In this document: positions 51,137 through 61,344 of the stretch, piece after piece
How positions within the stretch are numbered: position 1 is the first letter of the stretch
Layout: every line of letters starts with the position of its first letter
Assembly (NCBI GenBank): GCA_029907465.1
Contig: JARYLV010000001.1
Span: 76,923 to 140,922, forward strand
Direction: 5' to 3'
DNA length: 64,000 nucleotides
From: Methanomassiliicoccales archaeon
Lineage (GTDB): Archaea > Thermoplasmatota > Thermoplasmata > Methanomassiliicoccales > JACIVX01
Translations under genes and position numbers: made by a program
The notes under the pieces: model-generated
Databases searched by the model: none
What the model was told of the DNA's origin: nothing
Seen by the model: only the letters and a program-made list of their open reading frames with translations

Positions 51137-51893
51137 ACCTCCCTGTGATATATTGCTCGGTCAACTTTTTTTCGGGCTTTTCGAAAATTTTTCTTGTTTC
51201 TCCAATTTCAATAAGTTCCCCCACGTAGAAGAATGCGGTCGTGTCCGCCACTCTCGCCGCTTGCTGCATATTATGCGTCACGATCACCACCGTGTAATCC
51301 CTTTTCAGATCGACCAATAGATCTTCAATCTTCGCGGTCGCGATAGGATCGAGGGCGGAACAGGGCTCATCGAAAAGAATGATCTCGGGTTTGACTGCTA
51401 ACGCCCTCGCGATACAGAGTCGCTGTTGCTGCCCTCCTGAGAGGTCGTACGCAGGCGCATTGAGGCGATCTTTGACCTCATCCCATAGCGCCGCTCTTTT
51501 AAGACTCCATTCAACGAGCGCATCTAAATCGCTTTTCCTTTTCACGCCGTGGATGCGCGGTGCGAACGCGATATTTTCGTAGATCGACTTCGGAAAAGGA
51601 TTGGGTTTTTGGAAAACCATTCCAACTTTCTTTCTCACCTCAACAGCATCCGCTTTCGCATGGTAAATATCGAACCCATCAATCCAGACATGCCCCTTCA
51701 CGGTGCACCCTGGGATGAAGTCGTTCATCCTGTTGAGACTTCTTATGAACGTCGTTTTGCCGCATCCAGAAGGGCCGATTATTGCGGTTATTTCATTTTT
51801 CTTAATCTTCATAGAGATATTTTTGATCACGTGGTTATTTCCAAAGAAAACATTTAGATTCTCAACAAAGATTTCCGGTGCCAAGATTACCAC
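51129..51893 (-). CDS. pstB: Phosphate ABC transporter ATP-binding protein
   Basis: 'GPSGCGKTT', '[15 protein letters not shown]', '[12 protein letters not shown]'. Confidence 0.95.
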   Translation of the reverse strand: MVILAPEIFVENLNVFFGNNHVIKNISMKIKKNEITAIIGPSGCGKTTFIRSLNRMNDFIPGCTVKGHVWIDGFDIYHAKADAVEVRKKVGMVFQKPNPFPKSIYENIAFAPRIHGVKRKSDLDALVEWSLKRAALWDEVKDRLNAPAYDLSGGQQQRLCIARALAVKPEIILFDEPCSALDPIATAKIEDLLVDLKRDYTVVIVTHNMQQAARVADTTAFFYVGELIEIGETRKIFEKPEKKLTEQYITGRFG

Positions 51894-52738
51894 CTATATT
51901 TTTGCCTGTATTTTTTCCTCAGCAATATTGCGATGAGATTCATTCCGATGACTAACATAAGAAGGACAAGTGCTGTACCGTACTGAATCGGCCTCGTCGC
52001 TATAAGATCAGAGGACTGCGTCGCCATCGCATAGAGATGAAAAGGTAATGCCATGAATTGCGAAAAAATAGAGTCGGGGAGACTTCTCATGAAATATGCC
52101 GCTCCAGTCATAAGGATCGGGGCAGTTTCTCCGGCGGCCCTAGAAAGGGAGAGTATAATCCCTGTTAGAATGCCTGACATCGCATACGGGAGCACATGAT
52201 GTCTGATAGTCTGCCATTTGGTGGCGCCCAGTGCAAGAGATGCTTCCCTTACGGATTCTGGAACTGCAAGAATTGCCTCTCTTGCAGCTGCGATGATTAT
52301 AGGAAGTACGAGTAGGCCGACGGTGAGTCCAGCAGCGATGAGACTGAATCCAAAATCCAATGCCATAACGAAAAGCCCAAGACCAAGCAGACCGTACACG
52401 ATCGATGGGACGCCTGCAAGATTATGAACGACGATTCTCCAAATTTTTTTGACCGTCGAATTCTTTTCGTATTCAACAAGATAGATTGCGGAAAGCACCC
52501 CAACTGGAACGGAGAAAGCGAGAACGATCGTACAAAGATAAAATGTTCCTACGATTGCAGGTAAGATTCCTCCTTCACTCATTCCCTGCTTTGGAAATTG
52601 CGTAATGAAATCGATGTTGACACTTCTAATCCCGCCTAAGATGATATACGTTAAAAGGACGAGGAGGGCGAGGACGACGATAGCACCACAGAACCTAAAA
52701 AAGAGGAAATATGTTTTTTCTTTCGTCCGTCTGTTCAA
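51887..52738 (-). CDS. pstA: Phosphate ABC transporter permease PstA
   Basis: 283-aa permease with '[14 protein letters not shown]' (EAA loop). It is second of two permease genes downstream of pstS. Confidence 0.9.
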   Translation of the reverse strand: MNRRTKEKTYFLFFRFCGAIVVLALLVLLTYIILGGIRSVNIDFITQFPKQGMSEGGILPAIVGTFYLCTIVLAFSVPVGVLSAIYLVEYEKNSTVKKIWRIVVHNLAGVPSIVYGLLGLGLFVMALDFGFSLIAAGLTVGLLVLPIIIAAAREAILAVPESVREASLALGATKWQTIRHHVLPYAMSGILTGIILSLSRAAGETAPILMTGAAYFMRSLPDSIFSQFMALPFHLYAMATQSSDLIATRPIQYGTALVLLMLVIGMNLIAILLRKKYRQKYRW

Positions 52739-53694
52739 TGATAAACCTCCGTGAATTTTGAAAGGACGAGGTCTGCGACGAAATTAATCGCGAAGGTGAT
52801 AACGAAAAGGACGGCACCAACTGCGAAAAGTGCATGATAATGCAGACTTCCAAAATTGATCTCTCCCATTTCAATCGCAATTGCCGCAGTCATAGTCTCG
52901 ACGGATGAGAGCATATCCCAGGTAATGATCGGAGTGTTACCGCATGCCATGAGGACGGTCATCGTCTCTCCGACCGCCCTTCCAATCGAAAGCATGATCG
53001 CGGCAGTGATGCCAGAAAGTGATGCCGGGATGATGATGCCCTTCAGTGTCTCCCATCTTGTTGCACCTAGCGCATAGGCAGCTTCTCTTAATTCCTTGGG
53101 GACGGAATTCATCGCGTCTTCGGCAAGACTCACCATGATCGGTATCATCATCACCGCAAGCATGATTGCACCGTTGAGTGCGTTAAGGCGATACGTATTG
53201 TGGAAGATCGCATAGATCCAATCCGAGAGAATAACAAGCGCAAAGAATCCGTATACTACCGATGGAATCCCCGCGAGTATTTCTATAGCAGGTTTCAGAA
53301 GAGATCTGATTTTCGGATGCGCGATCTCAGCGAGATAGATCGTACAGCCGATGCCTATTGGTATCGCAATTACCGACGCCCCGAGACTGACAAGAAATGT
53401 ACCACAAAGAAGTGGCAAGATCCCATAAGCGGGATTCGTTGGTGATGTTGGGTTCCACACTGGCCCTGTGATGAATTCGATGACACCGATTTCGTCAAAC
53501 GCCGGAAGTGCTTCAGAGAAAATGAAGAAAAAGACGGCACTGAGGGTGAATATTGTCGTGAGTGTGACAACAAAAAGAATCGCCTTGATCGCGTATTCCT
53601 TCTTATTGTACATTTCACTGCGATGCCTTGAAATCAGCCGCTGTTTCAATCCTTTCAAAGAGCTTCGGATTCCAATTGCGATCTTCATAGTCAT
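52735..53694 (-). CDS. pstC: Phosphate ABC transporter permease PstC
   Basis: 319-aa permease with 'EAAYALGATRWETL' (EAA loop). Confidence 0.9.
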   Translation of the reverse strand: MTMKIAIGIRSSLKGLKQRLISRHRSEMYNKKEYAIKAILFVVTLTTIFTLSAVFFFIFSEALPAFDEIGVIEFITGPVWNPTSPTNPAYGILPLLCGTFLVSLGASVIAIPIGIGCTIYLAEIAHPKIRSLLKPAIEILAGIPSVVYGFFALVILSDWIYAIFHNTYRLNALNGAIMLAVMMIPIMVSLAEDAMNSVPKELREAAYALGATRWETLKGIIIPASLSGITAAIMLSIGRAVGETMTVLMACGNTPIITWDMLSSVETMTAAIAIEMGEINFGSLHYHALFAVGAVLFVITFAINFVADLVLSKFTEVYH

Positions 53695-53751
53695 CCTGTT
53701 TCACCCTCGCTACAAGCCCTAAGAGTCCGAGAAGATCCGATTCCTCCTCGC

Positions 53752-54660
53752 TCAACCTAGCTTAGCTAATTCCTCCGTAACTACCTCAGCGGGTAAAGCG
53801 TAGAATCCAATTTCTTCAGCGATTGGTTGGCCATCAGTGAGAATCCATGAGATATATTCTTTCAACGCGCCAGTCGGTGCACCATTTGTATACAAATACA
53901 GATATCTTGACAGGATATATTCTCCAGAAAGAACCGCATTCTTATTTAGTGGGGAATATGCTTGCGATGATTCATTATTCCTGAGTTCGAGCAATTTGAT
54001 TCCTGAGGCTTTTTCGGCGTAACCGATTCCTACATATCCTATTCCACCCACGTCATTTGACACCGCGGTAACTATCGCTGAGTTGCCCGTCAATTGTTGC
54101 ATATCTGTTCTGTAATCCTCATTCTTAAGCACGTGTTCCTGGAAGAAAGCATAGGTCCCGGAAGTGCTCTGTCTTCCATAAGCCACAATCGCTCGATCAT
54201 GCCCTCCGATCTGTTTCCAGTTCGTGTACGTACCATTGAATATCCCACGCAACTGATCTAAAGTCAAATTCGTTATTGGATTTGACGGGTGGACGATGAT
54301 CGCGATGCCATCGATGGCGACCCTAAATTCAACAGGTGTTACCCCAGCTGCAATTGCCTGATCTATTTCGCTCTGCTTGATTTGCCTTGATGCTTGTGCG
54401 ACATCGATATTTTTCGATATCAATGCCGTGATACCCGTACCACTTCCCCCTCCTGACACGATAACCGAAATACTCTTATGATCTTCATGGAAACGTTCTG
54501 CCCATACCTGGCACAATTCAAGCATTGTATCCGATCCTTTCTGTTTGATCGTTACAGGCTTCTCGCCACCGCCCATGATAAGGACGGCAGCCAATCCGCC
54601 AATGATAACGATCAAAACTATTCCAATTACAATCAATCCTTTCCTAACCATTCGTATCAC
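53752..54660 (-). CDS. pstS: Phosphate-binding protein PstS (membrane-anchored)
   Basis: An N-terminal TM anchor is followed by 'GSDTM...GGGSGTG...ASR...GTY', the PBP-like phosphate-binding pattern. Confidence 0.9.
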   Translation of the reverse strand: MIRMVRKGLIVIGIVLIVIIGGLAAVLIMGGGEKPVTIKQKGSDTMLELCQVWAERFHEDHKSISVIVSGGGSGTGITALISKNIDVAQASRQIKQSEIDQAIAAGVTPVEFRVAIDGIAIIVHPSNPITNLTLDQLRGIFNGTYTNWKQIGGHDRAIVAYGRQSTSGTYAFFQEHVLKNEDYRTDMQQLTGNSAIVTAVSNDVGGIGYVGIGYAEKASGIKLLELRNNESSQAYSPLNKNAVLSGEYILSRYLYLYTNGAPTGALKEYISWILTDGQPIAEEIGFYALPAEVVTEELAKLG

Positions 54661-54845
54661 TTCCTAGTGTTTCATCGTGTGCGGCGTTGTCCATATTACT
54701 AGAAATCCTCAGGGAAAGTTTGTCCGATCCATGCATCAAACAACACGCTTCTTGTTCTATATTGAAGCCGCAACACAGCTCCACGGAATTTCGTAACATT
54801 ATGAGCTTTTATGTATTTTTCAGAATTAGAATATATTCCGGCTCG

Positions 54846-54867
54846 TATAATATATAGATATATATAT
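54846..54867. promoter_or_regulatory. (TA)-rich TATA-like tract in the divergent pstS / AbrB-PhoU intergenic region
   Basis: 'TATAATATATAGATATATATAT' lies about 75-95 nt upstream of the plus-strand regulator start and about 190 nt upstream of pstS. Confidence 0.3.
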
Positions 54868-54942
54868 CGGACATGAAACTCTATTCGATACGTATACCGT
54901 CAAAGAGATTATTTCGCTTTGTAGATCATATCAGCAGGATTG

Positions 54943-55953
54943 ATGAAAATGAACATGAGAAAAATTCAGAAAACCGGTGTCTCCACAATGACAATCTCCC
55001 TTCCAAAGATTTGGGTCTCCGAACATCGTCTAAAACCAGGCGATCCTGTGATCGTTCGCGTGATGAACGACGGTACATTGCATATCTGCCCAGCCACACA
55101 AAGGGAAGAGGAATCCACAAAGAAGATCCTCCAGATTAGTAATGAATCGAGAGAACATCTCACTAGAAAGCTCATCGCGACGTACCTGGCTGGGTACGAT
55201 ATCATCGAAGTGAGAGCGAAGGATCGATTTGATTTAGATCTTAAGAGAGCGGTGAAAGATTTTTCAAAGATGGTCATTGGTCCCGAGGTCATCGAAGAAA
55301 CGAGCAATTCAGTAGTATTGCATGATCTATCCGATCCAATGGAGTTACCTCAGCAAAAATGTGTAAGACGCATGCACCTCATCGCGAAGTCGATGCATGT
55401 CGACGCAATGTTGTCCTTTGAGAGAGGCGATACAGATCTTGCGAGAGACGTTATTGATCGTGATACAGAAATCGATAGGCTATATTGGATGGTCATTAAA
55501 CAGTACAATCTGATCCTTAGAGATCGCTATTTCGCTGAGAAAATGGACATCGATGTATACGACGGATTGGACTATACAATCTCGGCTCGAGGTATCGAAA
55601 GAATAGGGGATCATGCTGAAAAGATCGCAAGAAATGCCCTTCTACTTGCTGAGTCGAACACAACAAATAGAGAGAATTCGGAAATAACGAGGTCAGGCGA
55701 CGCCGCTGTGAAGATTTTCGATAGAGCGATCGAGGCTCTGTTCCTCAAAGATACTGAGAAAGCAAATGATGTAATTGACAGAGGGAATGAACTCGTTGAA
55801 CTCTGTGAAAAAATGCGCGCTAATATTGCTTCATCACAACCGGTTGAGTTAGTCGCAAAAACAACTGTTATAGACAGTATTACAAGGACTATTATGTATT
55901 CTATGGACATCGCTGAGATTGCGATCAATGGTGCGATGAGGAAATCCGGGTAA
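54943..55953 (+). CDS. AbrB/SpoVT-like DNA-binding domain fused to two PhoU domains (archaeal phosphate-uptake regulator)
   Basis: 'MRKIQKTGVSTMTISLPKIWVSEHRLKPGDPVIV' (swapped-hairpin AbrB type) plus 'ERIGDHAEKIARNA'. Candidate starts are TTG 54940 and ATG 54943, 54949 or 54955. Confidence 0.8.
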   Translation: MKMNMRKIQKTGVSTMTISLPKIWVSEHRLKPGDPVIVRVMNDGTLHICPATQREEESTKKILQISNESREHLTRKLIATYLAGYDIIEVRAKDRFDLDLKRAVKDFSKMVIGPEVIEETSNSVVLHDLSDPMELPQQKCVRRMHLIAKSMHVDAMLSFERGDTDLARDVIDRDTEIDRLYWMVIKQYNLILRDRYFAEKMDIDVYDGLDYTISARGIERIGDHAEKIARNALLLAESNTTNRENSEITRSGDAAVKIFDRAIEALFLKDTEKANDVIDRGNELVELCEKMRANIASSQPVELVAKTTVIDSITRTIMYSMDIAEIAINGAMRKSG

Positions 55954-55988
55954 AACGTTCTGAAAACATATAGATGGGTTCAGCTTCT

Positions 55989-56420
55989 TCATATACTCGA
56001 CCCAGCTAAAATGATCTGAAGGCTTATTTTGACGACGCCATCAATAGTGCCGATTTTCTCCAGGACAAGTTTGGCGAGTCCCATTCTGTTTTCAGTCCAA
56101 ATTTTAGCACCTTCGCTTGATCTTCCAACACGGTCGTAGCAGGTTTCGCTTCTCTGACCACATAGAGTTTCTCTGCTACTTCGGGCAATCTCGAAAGATC
56201 GACAACGATGGTGAACTTTTCTATGATCTATCTACTGGACGAATTCATTACTCTTTTCCTGGTTGTTGACTAATTTACGTTCAATTGTCTTACTACCATT
56301 TAATGACAGGCCATTGTCTTCCTCTAGCAATTCATTGATTTTTCCATCCCATCTGTCAACTATATCTGTTTCCCCCCTATTCCCCTTTTTTCTATTTACT
56401 ATCAATTTTTCTCGAATCAT
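55989..56420 (-). pseudogene. Possible frameshifted small gene or cluster of micro-ORFs (unassigned)
   Basis: Three protein-like reading segments run in series on the minus strand in different frames: 56420-56232 (62 aa), 56227-56024 ('EKFTIVVDLSRLPEVAEKLYVVREAKPATTVLEDQAKVLKFGLKTE') and 56084-55989 ('MGLAKLVLEKIGTIDGVVKISLQIILAGSSI'). An AT-rich TATA-like block lies just upstream, at 56421-56480. Confidence 0.25.
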
Positions 56421-56917
56421 TGTAGAAAAAATAAAAAGAAACGTGCTAATGGTATAAATTTTTATAATAAAAATATATATGAAAAATAAAAAAAGAGTGT
56501 CATTTTACGAGAAAAATGATTGAAGAGAGCGCATAACTGTCTTTGCAAAAGAGTCGAGTTTAATGGAATTACACAATATTGGCAAAGATGATAGAAAAAG
56601 AAGGATTATTAAAAAGCAGCGAGGTTGTTTAAAGCGATTAACAGCGGAGCAATAACATTAACATGCCATAAATCATTTCCAAGTACTCGGGCTAATTTGC
56701 AAGGCTGAGGATAGCCTCTAAGCGGATATTAACGGCGAGAACTCCGAAATTAAGGAGATGTAATCCGTTTTAATATAAAGGCAAAATACCAGGAAGAGGA
56801 GGCTCCTCAGAGGAGGGCTCACTAGGCCTTTTCTGCGGAAGAAATACAGTAGCATGTATCAAAATGCAGAACAGCCGATGGAGAGTTGGAAAGATGTGAG
56901 CTCCGGAGCATCTGCAT

Positions 56918-57135
56918 ATGCAGTATTTGCGGATATACAATGGAGGAAGAAGTGCTAGAACGGTGCACATTTGTGGTGCTTTGAATGAGAAGTTCAGGAG
57001 GTTCTATCCCTGATGTGGAAATAAGGTATGCCAGAAATTCACTCATCATCGGATGCAATACGGCAAGTGAAGAAATGCGCACTAAACCGATCGGAAAACG
57101 GCTTATTATCAATCACAAATTGGCTCCGGCCTGAT
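56918..57135 (+). pseudogene. Possible gene remnant with a +1 frameshift (unassigned)
   Basis: 'MQYLRIYNGGRSARTVHICGALNEKFRRFYP*' (stop at 57011) continues plausibly one frame over as 'DVEIRYARNSLIIGCNTASEEMRTKPIGKRLIINHKLAPA*'. No family was recognised. Confidence 0.2.
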
Positions 57136-57364
57136 AGCTTAAATTACCATTAGAAAATGTGTGCTTGAAGAAGTGTCTGTGAAAGAAATTTTAAAGATGT
57201 AAGTCGACAAAAATAAAGTTCCCAATTATCTTAACTGGCCTGTTCTCGAATATTGTGGTTATTGATTGACACCGCAAAATGGTCCTTTATGGTATAATCG
57301 ATGTTAGACTCCCATTAATTAAAAAAATGATGAATGAGAGAATACTGTTGATATTGAGCGGAGG

Positions 57365-58363
57365 TCACCCTAATGCAGCGATGACCGCTTCTGTGAATTG
57401 CTCGGTTGTTGCACTTCCACCCATATCAGGTGTCAACACTTTCCCTTCTCCGAGCACACTATAAACCGCTTTCCTGATCCTTTCAGCCTCACTTTTCATG
57501 CCGATATAATCGAGCATCCAGGCAGCAGACAAGATGATTCCAGTAGGGTTTGCAACACCTTTTCCAGCAAGATCAGGAGCGCTTCCATGAGCGGCTTCAA
57601 ACATGCCTATGTTCTCACCGAAATTGGCACCGGGCATGAGCGCGAGACCGCCGATGAGGCCACCACACAGTTCTGAGAGTATATCCCCATAGAGATTTTG
57701 CGTTACGATTACGTCAAACTGTGAGGGATTCGTAACAAGCTGGAACGCGGCATTATCAACGAGCATGTCCCTGAACTTAATGCCCGGATATCCAGATGCG
57801 ATCTCGCCAACGCATCTCAAGAAAAGACCGTCGCCCTTCTTCAGAATATTTGCTTTGTGCACCGCCACTACTTCTTTTCTATCGTTCGCGAGGGCATATT
57901 CGAAGGCGAACTTGGCAATGCGTTTACTCGCCTCGACAGAGGTGATCTTAACACTCTCTACCGCGCCGTAACTCGATTCCCTCTCCACGCCAGAGTAGAG
58001 ACCTTCTGTGTTCTCCCTCACGATGACGATGTCGACATTATTGTAGAGCGATTTGACGCCAGGGATCGATTTGACGAGCCTCACGTTCGCAAAGAGATTG
58101 AGACGCTGTCGCATTGTCACATTAACGCTCTTGAAGCCAGAGCCGATCGGGGTTGTGACCGGTCCCTTGAGGACAACGCCTGTTTCAATTGCCCATTCAA
58201 AGAATCTCGGTGGTATAGGTCTCCCGATCTCCTGCATAACTTTTGCGCCAGCCTCGATTCTCTCCCATTGGATTTTTGCGCCACTAGCCTCAACGACTTT
58301 GACCGCCGCATCTGTAATCTCTGGGCCGATGCCATCACCTGGAACGAGTACAACTTTTCTCAT
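57365..58363 (-). CDS. Isopropylmalate / homoisocitrate dehydrogenase family (LeuB/AksF-like)
   Basis: 'MRKVVLVPGDGIGPEI...', 'VRENTEGLYSG', 'NLYGDILSE'. I set the start at the ATG at 58363, one nt after the upstream stop. Confidence 0.85.
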   Translation of the reverse strand: MRKVVLVPGDGIGPEITDAAVKVVEASGAKIQWERIEAGAKVMQEIGRPIPPRFFEWAIETGVVLKGPVTTPIGSGFKSVNVTMRQRLNLFANVRLVKSIPGVKSLYNNVDIVIVRENTEGLYSGVERESSYGAVESVKITSVEASKRIAKFAFEYALANDRKEVVAVHKANILKKGDGLFLRCVGEIASGYPGIKFRDMLVDNAAFQLVTNPSQFDVIVTQNLYGDILSELCGGLIGGLALMPGANFGENIGMFEAAHGSAPDLAGKGVANPTGIILSAAWMLDYIGMKSEAERIRKAVYSVLGEGKVLTPDMGGSATTEQFTEAVIAALG

Positions 58364-58364
58364 C

Positions 58365-58877
58365 TTATCCCTCTTCATTGATTTTGAATCCACCATGTTT
58401 CCTGAAATGCTCGACGAGCCCACCATCTTCAAGGATCTTGACCATCACGGCTGGTAGAGGCTTCGCCTTGATGATTGTTCCCTTTGCGACGATTCTGATC
58501 AACCCCTTCCCGAGATCCACCTGGAGCTCGTCACCATCCTCGATGCCCGAGGTGTCACATTCCAATACTGGCAAACCAACATTAATGCAGTTTCGATAGA
58601 AAACTCTTGCGAAAGACTCGGCAATAACAGCTCCGATACCCGCAGCCTGCAAAACGAGTGGTGCTTGTTCTCTGCTTGACCCGCATCCAAAATTCCGCCC
58701 AGCAACGATAAAATCGCCATGTTCGATTTCCTCGTAAAATCCAGGCCTAAGGTCTTCCATCACATGCTTAGCCATTTCGTTTATGTCCAGTGTCTTGAAC
58801 TTGTATTTCCCCGAAATGATATAATCAGTATTAATGTTGTCTCCAAATCGATGGGCTCTTCCCCTCAACAGATTCAT
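58365..58877 (-). CDS. Aconitase-family dehydratase small subunit (LeuD/HacB-like)
   Basis: '[16 protein letters not shown]...[14 protein letters not shown]...SFARVFYRN'. 170 aa. Confidence 0.88.
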   Translation of the reverse strand: MNLLRGRAHRFGDNINTDYIISGKYKFKTLDINEMAKHVMEDLRPGFYEEIEHGDFIVAGRNFGCGSSREQAPLVLQAAGIGAVIAESFARVFYRNCINVGLPVLECDTSGIEDGDELQVDLGKGLIRIVAKGTIIKAKPLPAVMVKILEDGGLVEHFRKHGGFKINEEG

Positions 58878-60136
58878 TGAAACACCTCTCTAGGATCAGA
58901 AATCACACCGTTGATCGCTGAATATGCTGCCGTAGCAGGGCTAACTAGATAGATGGACGCCTTCGAATTGCCCATACGACCCTTGAAATTACGGTTTGCC
59001 GTCGAGAGAACGTTTTCGCCGTCAGCTGGTATACCGCCACCAGTGCCGACACATGGGCCACAACCAGGTGTGAGAATAGCCCCTCCAGCCTTCACTATCT
59101 TTGCGAGAATCCCTTCCTCCAATGCTTTCAAATAAATTTCCCTCGAAGCTGGTGCGACTATCAACCTTGTCCGGTTCGCCACCTTCTTGCCATCGAGAAT
59201 TCCAGCTGCGATGCGCAGGTCTTCGAGCCGTCCATTTGTGCATGTTCCGATGAAGACCTCATCGATTTCTACGCCAAGAACATCATCAACTGGCACAACT
59301 TGATCAACCTGGTGCGGCTTTGCAACCTGCGGTGGAAGTTTAGAAAGGTCCTCTCTGATCACCTTTTCATACTTTGCATCATCAGTCGCATCGACCCCTT
59401 TGATCATCTTTGATGTGCGACCCCTGAGATAATCAATGACCTTTCCATCACAACGCATCAATCCGACCTTTGCGCCTGTCTCAACAGCCATATTAGCGAT
59501 CGTCATCCGCGCTTCGACAGACAAAGCGTCGATGACCTCCCCATAAATTTCCAGTGCCTTGTAGGTCGCACCATCAGCGGTCAGGGATCCGACCATATAT
59601 AATGCGACGTCTTTCGAAAAAACACCTGGCTGCAGAATACCGTCGTAGATGAGCTTGATTGTTGATGGTACTTTCAACCATGTCATTCCACTGATGAGTG
59701 CTGCCGCAACATCTGTTGAGCCCATCCCTGTTGCAAATGCGTTGAGCGCACCATAGGTACAAGTGTGGGAATCAGCTCCGATGACGATGCTGCCTGGTAG
59801 GGCATGACCTTTTTCCGGTATCAACTGATGGCACACGCCCTCGCCCACATCATAGAGAATCGCGCCATACCGCAGGGCAAAGCGCCTCATTTCTTTATGG
59901 ATATTCGATACGCCTTCAACCGGTGATGGCGCATTGTGATCAATGACGATCGCATATCGACCTGGCGCATAAACGGATTTCCCACCCATTTTCTCGAACG
60001 CCTGTATTGTCAACGCAGTGGTTCCATCCTGGCTCATAATAAAATCCACTGGCACCACGACGATATCGCCAGCTTCTACCTGAGCGCCGATATGATTCGA
60101 GATAATATTCTCTGAAATTGTCCCCATCATCCTCAC
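58874..60136 (-). CDS. Aconitase-family dehydratase large subunit (LeuC/HacA-like)
   Basis: 'IGADSHTCTYGALNAFATGMGSTD' and 'CGPCVG' Fe-S ligand regions. 420 aa. Confidence 0.9.
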   Translation of the reverse strand: MRMMGTISENIISNHIGAQVEAGDIVVVPVDFIMSQDGTTALTIQAFEKMGGKSVYAPGRYAIVIDHNAPSPVEGVSNIHKEMRRFALRYGAILYDVGEGVCHQLIPEKGHALPGSIVIGADSHTCTYGALNAFATGMGSTDVAAALISGMTWLKVPSTIKLIYDGILQPGVFSKDVALYMVGSLTADGATYKALEIYGEVIDALSVEARMTIANMAVETGAKVGLMRCDGKVIDYLRGRTSKMIKGVDATDDAKYEKVIREDLSKLPPQVAKPHQVDQVVPVDDVLGVEIDEVFIGTCTNGRLEDLRIAAGILDGKKVANRTRLIVAPASREIYLKALEEGILAKIVKAGGAILTPGCGPCVGTGGGIPADGENVLSTANRNFKGRMGNSKASIYLVSPATAAYSAINGVISDPREVFQ

Positions 60137-60138
60137 CT

Positions 60139-61344
60139 TTATTCTTTTTCGAACATGCCAGCCTTATAATCCTGATAGATATAAACAAGCTCGTTTTCAG
60201 AGAGGCTCCGTTTTAGGGCGATCGACGTCGCCCTAACAAGTTCTAAAAGATCAGTCGCTGTCTTCTCGTCGATCTCAATGCCTTTGGACCTGAGAACTTG
60301 AATAATAGTGTGCCGCCCCGAATGCTTGCCGATGATGATCTTCCTAGTCATTCCAACTTCTTCTGGGGAGTAGGGCTCATAGTTGCTGAGGTACTTCATC
60401 ACACCATCAGTGTGAATTCCCGCTTCGTGTGCGAAGCAGTTCGAACCGACAATTGGTTTCCAATCGGGTATTGTCCTACCAGCAGCTCGCGCCACGTACT
60501 CTGCAATCTCGCGGAACCTTTGCGTCTCGATCCCTGTATCGATCTTAAGCAGATGCTTTGCCGCCATAACGATTTCTTCAAGGGGGGCGTTCCCTGTCCT
60601 TTCTCCGATACCGAGAACCGTTGTACTCACAAACGTCGCACCAGCCTGGACACCGGCGATGGCATTAGCCGTCGCCATACCGAAGTCGTTATGTGTGTGC
60701 ATCTCAATCTCTAAATCGACTTCTTTAATAAGTGATGCAATCGCATCGAAAGTCCCACGTGGCTCCAATATACCCAGGGTATCGCAATAGCGGAGTCTGT
60801 CAGCACCAGCATCCTCGGCCGCCTTGGCAAATTGAATGAGAAACTCTTTATCTGCACGGGAAGCGTCCTCAGCGTTCGCCGAAATGTAGAGGCCATGGGA
60901 TTTTGCATACTCGATTGATTCGACCAATCGCTCGATAACCCACTCTCTAGTTTTCCTCAATTTGTGTTCAATATGAATATCGGAAGAGGACATGGAGACC
61001 GCAACTGCATCGACATCACAGTCAATGCTGTGCGAAATATCTTCGATATTTGCCCGATTCCAACCCAGCACAGACGCGTTGAGGCCAAGTTGCGCGATTT
61101 TCTTCACACATTTCTTCTCATCACCACCCATTGCTGGGATTCCAGCTTCAATTTGCTGGACACCAATTTCATCAAGCAGCTTTGCAATTCTGATCTTCTC
61201 GATGTTCGCAAAGACTATGCCCGCTGCCTGTTCTCCATCCCTCAGGGTGGTGTCGCAAATATTGATCGGGCTCTTGCTCAATTTGGCAATGACTAGTTGC
61301 TTATCCTTCATCATTTCACATGCCTCTTTGATTTCGTTTCTCAT
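60139..61344 (-). CDS. Short LeuA-family synthase lacking the C-terminal regulatory domain (homocitrate / 2-isopropylmalate / citramalate synthase type; AksA/NifV-like length)
   Basis: 'ICDTTLRDGEQ', 'HTHNDFGMATANA' (DRE-TIM metallolyase). It is only 401 aa, with no LeuA-dimer domain. Confidence 0.85.
   Translation of the reverse strand: MRNEIKEACEMMKDKQLVIAKLSKSPINICDTTLRDGEQAAGIVFANIEKIRIAKLLDEIGVQQIEAGIPAMGGDEKKCVKKIAQLGLNASVLGWNRANIEDISHSIDCDVDAVAVSMSSSDIHIEHKLRKTREWVIERLVESIEYAKSHGLYISANAEDASRADKEFLIQFAKAAEDAGADRLRYCDTLGILEPRGTFDAIASLIKEVDLEIEMHTHNDFGMATANAIAGVQAGATFVSTTVLGIGERTGNAPLEEIVMAAKHLLKIDTGIETQRFREIAEYVARAAGRTIPDWKPIVGSNCFAHEAGIHTDGVMKYLSNYEPYSPEEVGMTRKIIIGKHSGRHTIIQVLRSKGIEIDEKTATDLLELVRATSIALKRSLSENELVYIYQDYKAGMFEKE

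Noticed and set aside
56232-56234. In-frame TAG at the end of the 62-aa ORF as a possible pyrrolysine read-through site
   Set aside because: Reading through gives an Arg/Ser/Cys-rich nonsense segment, and the protein-like signal downstream is in a different frame. A frameshift or separate micro-ORFs explain the pattern better than amber decoding.
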